From Vibrio alginolyticus NBRC 15630 = ATCC 17749 (GTDB lineage: Bacteria; Pseudomonadota; Gammaproteobacteria; Enterobacterales; Vibrionaceae): DNA of 32,000 nucleotides. Both the position numbers and the translations under genes were made by a program. Shown one piece after another: positions 20,201 to 28,900 of the stretch; positions within the stretch are counted from its first letter, which is position 1, and every line of letters starts with the position of its first letter. A model generated the notes under the pieces. The model did not search any database, was not told the DNA's origin, and saw only the letters and a list, made by a program, of their open reading frames with translations. Location of the stretch: positions 1,890,001 through 1,922,000 of the forward strand of contig NC_022349.1 of NCBI RefSeq assembly GCF_000354175.2. The letters are read 5' to 3'.

Positions 20201-21171
20201 GTATTATCGGTTCTGATCTGAAGTGAGTGGCCATTTACTTTCCAGCCTTGTTTATCTGGTCGAAGATTGAAAATTCCAGACTCAATAAACAGCTCATGAT
20301 GTCCATCTTCATTCCACACCAACTCGGAAGGCAGCAATTCAACATAAGCATCATGCGGTTGGCTATGTTTGAGCGTTAGCCAAGTATTTAAGCTGACTTT
20401 ACCCGACTCTGCTCCTGACTCTTCTTGCATGTAAGTGGTCAGCCAAGGTGTGACCGAGACATCTTGAGCACTCACGTAAAACTCACCAGATACATCGCGC
20501 AACGAGCCATGATCTTTAAAGTTAGCGCTTACTAACAATGAGTTCAGGCGAACATCGGCAATGCTAACCGTGCCTTCGGCTACGTGACGTTTCCCTTGAT
20601 TGCTCCAACGAAGCTGCTCAATATCTAAACGGCGAGTTTCACCAGACACCGACTTATACCAAATCCGTGAATCGCTAATAGTGAAGTCTTCGAACTGACG
20701 TAAAAGAAGTGAGTCGAGTTGGTCAATGAGTTTCACTTCGCTCTTATCCACTTCAGGCTTCGGATCTTGACGATGAGAAGTCGGCAGAATGTCTACCGTG
20801 TGAATGTCTAAAGCGAGGTTATGAATGGTAAGGTCTGCAACTACAGGTTTAAGTTGAAAAAGAGATTGAATAAGGTCGAACTCAATTTGGACTTCTTCAA
20901 CAGCGAAGCGTGCATCTTGCACGTTTGGTAGATTTGCCTCTAAACCCAGTAACGCAATTGAGGGATGATTATTGCGCCACGTCCCTGCGACATTAGCAAT
21001 AGAAACGTCAAAACCTGTGCCTTGTTTGACCCAGGTTTTGATCTCATCTTGGAAATGGTTAAGTTGCGGCAGTGTGACGCGAAGCGTGGTTACTAATATG
21101 GCTAATAACACCAATACAGTAACTAAACTCCACGCACAAAAACGCCCAAAACGGTTAACACCAGAATTCAC
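17290..21171 (-). CDS. yhdP: AsmA2-domain / YhdP-family large envelope protein
   Basis: 1293 aa with an N-terminal membrane anchor (FCAWSLVTVLVLLAILV). Size and position between rng and tldD match E. coli yhdP. GTG start lies 12 nt after the rng stop. Confidence 0.85.
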   Translation of the reverse strand: MNSGVNRFGRFCAWSLVTVLVLLAILVTTLRVTLPQLNHFQDEIKTWVKQGTGFDVSIANVAGTWRNNHPSIALLGLEANLPNVQDARFAVEEVQIEFDLIQSLFQLKPVVADLTIHNLALDIHTVDILPTSHRQDPKPEVDKSEVKLIDQLDSLLLRQFEDFTISDSRIWYKSVSGETRRLDIEQLRWSNQGKRHVAEGTVSIADVRLNSLLVSANFKDHGSLRDVSGEFYVSAQDVSVTPWLTTYMQEESGAESGKVSLNTWLTLKHSQPHDAYVELLPSELVWNEDGHHELFIESGIFNLRPDKQGWKVNGHSLQIRTDNTPWPELDVAFDWQPNGWMLNLSQLDIEALIPLIKLAPESESTSDLINKLAPKGRVEDVRLSMNGGLDTLRYSAELDELAMTQWELLPGFHHVQGSVSGDVNQAKAKVTVIDDVFPYGDVFQAPLNIKQGEVDIIWQQDDAGWRLWSDKVTAATPDLQVLGAFRLDFPKEQSPFLSFYAEADLYNAGETWRYLPTLALGQDLTDYLSTAIQGGKVNTAKLLWYGELGDFPYKEHNGMFQAWVGLKDAKFSFDTAWPTITDLQLDLLFENDAMYLDSKSATLNGVHAKRITGRIPELAEGGHIEIEAKASAPGNEVRDYMMATPLVDSVGAALTALQVSGPVYSEFQLNIPFDFEKESRAWGYADLTENRVDIEAPPMTLENATGRITFDNDVVTTSGLSAELLQQPISLDFHGESAEQGYNVTINTLGDWDVEPLKPYVGERWLNLVSGHAPWQMDIDLQLNDVGFTYQLEVLAQLNRLASQYPYPLAKKIGESGQAKLQASGNQESISARLQIPNVKYQTEIDIAGDVPVLTATHLMVGKGGFRISPIVGHDASVRVEELNLDQWAELAQVSESKPSSSVLASMKTPTIPLPTRIEVETPNLQLGGIEFHDVDFSASKKNLSWQLDVDSQEVKGKANYLKPYDLSVSLEHLHLYIPGFEEMTKERSSIFASEDQNAPLITNFDRKFHAEMPNLTLNIDDFWLQGYKVGKVNVDLQRRQNRLEWKNITFSSGKNRIDMSGWWDLTKESSHSNLTMKMKGDNNTDLMERFGITSGIQQAPFEINANMEWDGAPWSMKTQTLQGNVSTEFGKGVISEVSGAARLLGLFSLDSIIRKMQLDFTDVFDKGMAFNSITGTGKIQDGVFITNDIVMDALAGEMQIRGIANMNSRMVDAEVKFTPDITSGLPMLTAFAVAPQTALYVLAISTVISPVVEVFTQVNYEVKGLLDSPTVKEISRSKGEYKLPEKLREQAK

Positions 21172-21183
21172 AAATGTTCCAAA

Positions 21184-22653
21184 TTACATCATTACGACGT
21201 CAAACTGTTCCTGAATGTACAGGGGTTCAGCCTGAACTCGCACTTGCTTGCCAATAAATACTTCGAGCTCTGCCAACGCATGAGACTCATCGCCCAATAG
21301 CGCTTCAGCAACAAACGGCGATGCGTACACGACAAAATTATCGGCGTCGTAAGCACGGTTCACACGAGTAATCTCGCGTAATATCTCAAAGCATACGGTT
21401 TCGACCGTTTTCACGCTGCCACGGCCTTCACAAGTAGGACAGCCAGAACACAAGATATGTTCAATACTTTCTCGTGTGCGCTTGCGCGTCATTTCAACTA
21501 AGCCAAGCTGGGTAAAGCCGTTGATGTTGGTTTTTACTCGGTCTTTCGCCAGCGCCGTTTCCAGTGAGGTAAGTACTCGCTGACGATGCTCTTCGGATGC
21601 CATATCGATAAAATCAATAATGATGATACCGCCGAGGTTACGTAAACGTAGCTGACGCGCAATAGCTTGCGTTGCCTCTATATTGGTATTGAAGATAGTC
21701 TCTTCGAGATTACGACGACCAACAAATGCACCCGTGTTGATGTCGATGGTGGTCATGGCTTCGGTTTGATCGATGATCAAATAGCCGCCCGATTTTAGCT
21801 CGACCTTGCGCTCTAAAGAACGCTGAATTTCGTTTTCGGTGTCGTACATGTCAAAGATTGGCTTGTCACCTTCGTAAAGCTCAAGCTTATCTGTTAACTC
21901 CGGTACATACTCAGAAGTGAATTCTTTCAGGTTCTCGTATTCAAGGCGGGAGTCGACCATGATCTTATCGAGCTCTGTGCCAACAAAGTCACGCAGAATG
22001 CGTTGAGCTAAGCCGAGTTCACCGTAAAGTGTTGAACGCGTTTTGTATTTTGAGCGACGCTCCATGACTTTTAGCCACAAACGCTTTAGAAATGCCGCAT
22101 CTTGAGATAGCTCTTTTTCATCAGCGCCTTCTGCCGCGGTACGAATGATAAAACCACCGTGCTCATCGCAGTAATGGTTCACCACCTTTTTCAAACGCTC
22201 GCGCTCTTTTTCACTTTCAATACGCTGCGAAACACCGACATGGCTGGCCCCCGGCATAAAAACAAGATAACGCGAAGGTAAGGTGATATCCGTCGTTAAA
22301 CGCGCACCTTTTGTGCCGAGCGGATCTTTGACCACTTGCACAACAATGTCTTGTCCCTGGCGTACCAGCTCAGAGATATCACGGACTTGAAACTGCTGTT
22401 TTTCGTTTTCTGCCACACATTCGGTATGAGGAACAATATCTGACGCATGTAAAAACGCCGCTTTATCTAAACCAATGTCGACGAAAGCCGCCTGCATGCC
22501 TGGTAACACTCGGCTTACTTTGCCTTTGTATATATTGCCCACAATACCGCGACGCGATTCGCGCTCGATATGTATTTCTTGTAGTACTCCACCTTCAATC
22601 ATGGCCACACGAGTTTCACTCGGGGTCACGTTAAGCAGCAATTCTGCACTCAT
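21184..22653 (-). CDS. rng: ribonuclease G
   Basis: From ATG 22653 the protein is 489 aa (MSAELLLNVTPSETRVA...), matching the E. coli RNase G N-terminus and length. SD AGGTG lies 5 nt upstream. The ORF-track start at 22659 is a GTG inside that SD. Confidence 0.95.
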   Translation of the reverse strand: MSAELLLNVTPSETRVAMIEGGVLQEIHIERESRRGIVGNIYKGKVSRVLPGMQAAFVDIGLDKAAFLHASDIVPHTECVAENEKQQFQVRDISELVRQGQDIVVQVVKDPLGTKGARLTTDITLPSRYLVFMPGASHVGVSQRIESEKERERLKKVVNHYCDEHGGFIIRTAAEGADEKELSQDAAFLKRLWLKVMERRSKYKTRSTLYGELGLAQRILRDFVGTELDKIMVDSRLEYENLKEFTSEYVPELTDKLELYEGDKPIFDMYDTENEIQRSLERKVELKSGGYLIIDQTEAMTTIDINTGAFVGRRNLEETIFNTNIEATQAIARQLRLRNLGGIIIIDFIDMASEEHRQRVLTSLETALAKDRVKTNINGFTQLGLVEMTRKRTRESIEHILCSGCPTCEGRGSVKTVETVCFEILREITRVNRAYDADNFVVYASPFVAEALLGDESHALAELEVFIGKQVRVQAEPLYIQEQFDVVMM

Positions 22654-22671
22654 GTGCACACCTCAAAACAA

Positions 22672-23241
22672 TTATAAAAATTCTTGAATTAGCTGATCGG
22701 TTTCGAACAAAGGTAAGCCTACTACAGCGTGATAACTGCCTTCGATTCGGGTGACAAATCGCCCTCCGAGTCCCTGAATACCATAACTTCCAGCTTTATC
22801 GCATGGCTCTCCTGACTGCCAATATTGTTCGATTTCTTCGTGAGTCAGTGGTTTGAACCACACGTCAGTGGTAACGACCACTGAATGTTGTTGTTCCGAT
22901 GATACAACGCTCACCGCAGTCATCACTTGATGGCGACGACCCGATAAGTCAGTAAGCATACGCTTTGAATCTTCAAAACTTTTTGGTTTTTCTAGCACAC
23001 GGTCATCGCATACTACGACCGTATCAGAGCCCAATACAACGGAATCAGGCTTAGCCAACGCTAAGCCTGCCTGAGCTTTTTCCAAAGAAAGACGCAACAC
23101 GTAATCTCGTGCTTGCTCATGAGCCTGTTTGGCTTCCTCAACATCAGGCAATACGATCTCAAAATCATAACCCAGTTGAGCAAGCAGCTCTTTTCTTCTC
23201 GGAGAACCCGATGCGAGAACGAGAGATAAGCTTTTCTTCAC
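22672..23241 (-). CDS. maf: Maf-like nucleoside triphosphate pyrophosphatase (YhdE)
   Basis: 189 aa with LASGSPRRKELLAQLG at the N-terminus and GAYGIQG-like SYGIQGLG. GTG start has AAGG SD. It sits in the conserved position after mreD. Confidence 0.9.
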   Translation of the reverse strand: MKKSLSLVLASGSPRRKELLAQLGYDFEIVLPDVEEAKQAHEQARDYVLRLSLEKAQAGLALAKPDSVVLGSDTVVVCDDRVLEKPKSFEDSKRMLTDLSGRRHQVMTAVSVVSSEQQHSVVVTTDVWFKPLTHEEIEQYWQSGEPCDKAGSYGIQGLGGRFVTRIEGSYHAVVGLPLFETDQLIQEFL

Positions 23242-23245
23242 CGCT

Positions 23246-23734
23246 TTACCTTACGTGCCATGCACGACGAACTCGTCGCATTAATAAAAACATCCATGGC
23301 CAAAGTATACAGTTTATTGCCGCCGTCCACAGAGATAATGGATTAAATACTACGTCTTGGTTCAAATATTCCCCACAGAATATCAGAACTTCCAATAACG
23401 CAGTAAAAAAGGCAATTAAAATCGACTGTTGCCACAAAGCCATGTTGCGAATCAACAGGAAATTCAGCGCCACGAGGTAGATAACGATCGACATCATCAT
23501 GCCACGAATTCCAAGCGTTGAGCCGATCAAAATGTCCCATAATAAGCCCAACACTAGCGCAGTTCCGACGTTCACTCGGTGCGGTAGTGCCAACACCCAA
23601 TAACACGTAACAAGGAACAACCATGAAGGGCGTAACACATCTAACACACCTGGCCATGGAATGGTTTGCAGTACCAGCGCAACGAAGAAACTGACGCCAA
23701 TCACCATTCGGCTACTCAATACATTATTGGCCAT
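23246..23734 (-). CDS. mreD: rod shape-determining protein MreD
   Basis: 162 aa polytopic membrane protein. The N-terminus resembles E. coli MreD (VIGVSFFVALVLQTIPWP). It overlaps the mreC 3' end by 11 nt. Confidence 0.9.
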   Translation of the reverse strand: MANNVLSSRMVIGVSFFVALVLQTIPWPGVLDVLRPSWLFLVTCYWVLALPHRVNVGTALVLGLLWDILIGSTLGIRGMMMSIVIYLVALNFLLIRNMALWQQSILIAFFTALLEVLIFCGEYLNQDVVFNPLSLWTAAINCILWPWMFLLMRRVRRAWHVR

Positions 23735-24620
23735 CGGTTACCTCTTGTTCTTGCTCTAACCCTTCATCTACATTGGACCGCAGTACTTTGTGTTGACGGT
23801 CTTCATTCGGCCAAATCAGCAGTAGGTAGCGTAAGCGATCAAACTCCACAACCGGCTCAGCCTTGATTGAGGCGAACTCTTGACGCGTATCGTGATCCAC
23901 ATTGGTAACCGTCGCGACTGGATATCCCTCAGGGTAAATGCCACCTAAACCGGATGTCACCAATAAATCACCAACCTGAATATCTGTGCTGGTTGGAATG
24001 TGCTCCAGTTGGATTTCATCCATTTCACCATTGCCCGATGCGATCACTCGGATATCATTGCGGATCACCTGGACAGGAATTGCATTTTTCGCGTCCGTTA
24101 GCAGCAGAACACGTGCGTTGTGCGCTGCGACAAACGTAACCTGACCGACGATGCCTTTCTCGTTGATAACAGGCTGACCAACGTAAACACCATCAATACG
24201 GCCTTTATCGATCACCACTTGATGACGATAAGGTGAAGTATCCACCGCCATTACTTCTGTCACGACTTTCTTTTCATCACGGACAAATGAAGATCCTAAC
24301 AACTTACGTAAGCGTTGGTTTTCTTCTTTATATTGGTCGAGCAAGATAAGCTCGCTTTTCAGGCGTAGCACTTCTCGCTTTAAGCTGCGATTGCCTTCAA
24401 CCAATGCCTGATGAGAATTAAAACGTTCAAATACGCCATCGAACATACTACGAGGCAAATTCGCTGCGTACTGAATCGGTGCAACCATACTGTTTAGTAG
24501 GTATCGAACGTTGGAAAACGTATCTAGACGACTATCGGCCAGCATTAAGCTCGCCGACACGATGACAGCAAAAAACAGACGTAATTGCAGAGACGGACCT
24601 CTGCCGAAAATCGGTTTCAT
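23724..24620 (-). CDS. mreC: rod shape-determining protein MreC
   Basis: 298 aa. The N-terminus MKPIFGRGPSLQLRLFFAVIV is nearly identical to E. coli MreC. A coiled-coil region and beta-barrel domains follow. Confidence 0.95.
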   Translation of the reverse strand: MKPIFGRGPSLQLRLFFAVIVSASLMLADSRLDTFSNVRYLLNSMVAPIQYAANLPRSMFDGVFERFNSHQALVEGNRSLKREVLRLKSELILLDQYKEENQRLRKLLGSSFVRDEKKVVTEVMAVDTSPYRHQVVIDKGRIDGVYVGQPVINEKGIVGQVTFVAAHNARVLLLTDAKNAIPVQVIRNDIRVIASGNGEMDEIQLEHIPTSTDIQVGDLLVTSGLGGIYPEGYPVATVTNVDHDTRQEFASIKAEPVVEFDRLRYLLLIWPNEDRQHKVLRSNVDEGLEQEQEVTDGQ

Positions 24621-24727
24621 CTTGTTTTTGACCTGATTGCTTCCATGATTATTGAGCCTTACTTGGCAACCTAAAAATACTTAACTAAATACTTTTAGGT
24701 ATGGAGCATGTTTGAATTACAGAGAGA

Positions 24728-24754
24728 GCAGAAATGAAGGTGAAGCCCGACATG
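24728..24754 (-). terminator. hairpin just downstream of the mreB stop (candidate attenuator/partial terminator in the mreB-mreC spacer)
   Basis: 9-bp stem AGGTGAAGC (24728-24736) pairs with GCTTCACCT (24746-24754), 17 nt after the mreB stop. On the minus strand it is followed by TCATTTCTGCTC, which is only a weak U-tract. Confidence 0.4.
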
Positions 24755-24770
24755 AGCTTCACCTAAACCT

Positions 24771-25823
<1,053 letters not shown>

Positions 25824-25863
25824 TCATCCTGCAAAAATATAGAAGACAAAAATTGCTCTAAAT

Positions 25864-25900
25864 GTACCAATGCCTCGCTGTCACAGCAAGGTATTGGTAC
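25864..25900 (-). terminator. strong hairpin between the mshQ stop and the mreB start (candidate terminator of the MSHA structural operon)
   Basis: 12-bp outer stem GTACCAATGCCT pairs with AGGTATTGGTAC (one G-U), with an inner GCTG/CAGC stem. On the minus strand ATTTAGAGCAATTTTTG follows. It lies 66 nt downstream of the mshQ stop. Confidence 0.5.
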
Positions 25901-25965
25901 ACAAACATGAGCAGAAAGCCTCAATTTCTTGCAGTTTCCTAACTTAAGGGCAAAAACCTAAGTTG

Positions 25966-28900
25966 TTACTGTCCGGTTAACCCTGGCTCACCACGGTAAA
26001 TCACGCGATCGTTACCACGGTGAATACCAAAGGTGACGACTGAGGATGGGTTTTCTTCGGAGCCATCATTGTCCCAATCATATTTGAGCCATGGTAAGCC
26101 ATTTTTTGAATCATCAAGATCTAACCAAACGCGCGTTTGCTGACGGTATGGTTCAGCTTGAGTTGCAGTAACAGATCGAGAAGAACCAGAAGACACTTCA
26201 CCACCAGCTCCTAGTGTAACCGCTTTAGGATCAGCATCAGTACCTGTTGGCCAAATATGCCTTTCAGCGGCAGTGACACCTTTCACATCGGTTTGATTAT
26301 CATTAGGGTTGGCGATAAAGCGGCTACCATTCCAGTATTCGATTCTTAGAGGAATATGTAAGGTCGCACCCTGATTTCCACCAACATCATCTAGGCCTAC
26401 ACGACCAAAGCGGATATCAGGTTGAATAGAAAGAACTGGATTACCATACACCGATATAGGATCTGGCTCTGTTGCCACGCCAACCTTTATATCTGTCGCT
26501 TTTATGGTGTTGCCATTAAGATTAAAAGGTCCATCTTCGTAACCTGCGGCAGGAGTCTTTTTCATCCAACACAATCCTTCTGCCGAATTGCACTCTCCAC
26601 TTAATGGGGGAGTCAGTGTGAAGCGTTGAATACTTCCCAATGCGTCTACCCAAGAAGGTGTTAAATTCCCCTGAGCATTAAACCGATTCAATGAATCACT
26701 CAACTCAAAAGATGCTACATGTTCTTTGTTGAAGTATTTATAATTTTCTACTGATTTTGGAACATCCCCACCAGTCAATACCTCTACTTCATACCACATA
26801 GAATCGAAGTTTTGATTCATATAGTTAAAGCTTTGACTTCCAGCATAGTCCCAATTTTGCCCGCACAACGTGTAGAACTTAGGATAGAAACGACCAAGTG
26901 TAATGGTCGCGGGCTGAATCAAGAATGAACTCTTACCAAGGTAGAGAGACGTATTTTCAACATCGCCTTTGGGCGCACTTATTGAAAATTCAAACGCACC
27001 TACCTCTGACACAGTTTGAGGAAATAACGTTTTAGCATCATCAGAAGCAATATGTTTATATGTGTCTGTGAGAAGCTCTGCTTTTTTTCCGCCAGCACTT
27101 ATAGCGGGATACACAACTTCATTTGACACAACCATTTGTTCTTCTTCGTAGTTTTTAGCTGGTATATGACCTTTACCATCTTCACTATACTGCAAAGCAG
27201 TGATGCTCATAGTAAATTCCTCACCAGCTGAAACAAACCGACTATCACACCCAGAGTTAATACTGCTACACCGCCCACCTGCAGTTACTTGGAGGCGATG
27301 TGGATAACTCACAAATTTGCCAACACCCTCGGAATCTTGAATCCCCTCAACAGAAGCAATAAACGAAACTTGACCTACTTCAGGATAAGTAAACTTAAAC
27401 TTAGCTTGCCCATTATCATTAAAGTATACATCCTTAAGGTAAGTACTCCCTTTCTCTGAAATAGTTTTGTCCGAGCTCCAAACCGGCGCAGTATCCCCCT
27501 CTCTCTTCATATAGTTTAACGTAACATCTGGCTGCACTATCGGAGCTACGGTATGCTTCATGCTCATATTAATATTACGTGTAGTATCGGTTGTTGAACT
27601 AGATGAGCAAAATTCAAAAAAGTTGCTATCTGAAGACTCCTTGTTAGCGATGACATCTTCAGCAACGATAGATAACGTATTGCGACGGAATTTAATCTTA
27701 CAGTATTTGGCCGAAAGCTCACCACCATTAATTCGACAACGTGTATCCTCAAAACCGAACTGTGGAACCGAGCTGTGTGCAATACCCATAGTAACTTCAC
27801 CCGCTCTAGAGCCTCGAATCTGAAGATTAGTAGACCCCTTAAAGCTAATTGGTGAACTTTGTTCCCAATTAGCAACATGATGCCCCGCACTGGGGGAAAG
27901 AGTTACGTGCAAATCTTCGGCATCGGTTATTGAGCCAGGATAAAGCGTATTACAGTCTTTATCCATACATGCCCTCAGAGTGACATCAGACGGCTGACAT
28001 GTACTGCCAGAGCCGGAGTAATCAAACTCAAAATGATGGATACCTTCTGTAAGTGGCTGGAATTCGTCGGCACATATTTGGAAGTTATCAATTTCATGCA
28101 CATTTTTTACCAAGCCAGTAGAACCCGCTACAGACACTCGAAATTCACTTGGAGCAGTCGATTGAGCAAAACCTTGCATGATATTGAAAGAATCAATAAT
28201 GTCCTCCCAATCTAGGTTATAGCTTTTTAGTTTCCCTCTATCATCAACATCAACTTTGAGGTTACCTTGGTAGCTGGCTCTTTTGATAGAGACATAAACC
28301 CCGGCGTCTCGACCATCGATAGCCCGTGAATCAATAGTCATCCGATAACGGTGAATCTCGTCCTTTGACTCATCATCAAGCTTGCCAACGTTACTGTTCT
28401 TTTTAATAAAGCGATATCCACCGAACCATCCTTCAGGGAACGTACCTATACGATGGTTGTTCGTGTCAATATATTCACCAGGACCTTTTTTCTCACCCGA
28501 TCCTCGTATTGTTATTGAATGATCATTCTGTCCAGGGCTACTATCAAGCGGATTTTTATCTTGATAATAACTGCCTTCATTAGAGAAGTTACCATACTCA
28601 TCAATACCAAAAGCGATCCAACCTCCAGCAAACCCTTCGATGCCTCCGCCGTCAGGTTTCACGCCATAACCTAACGGCCCACCAAATGCACCAGTAGATG
28701 GTGGAACACTTGCATCCGAAAACACAATCGCTACCCCATCTGCACCAGTGTTGTTACGGTTACCATCGTACGCAAAATGGTCAAATTCAACTTCAATAAT
28801 GTTGTTGCTTGATGGAAATATATAGTTGTATGCGCCAACTGCGGCTTGGCCCTGCACATTGTTGGTTATTCTCAAACGATTCTTGTGAATAAATGGTTTA

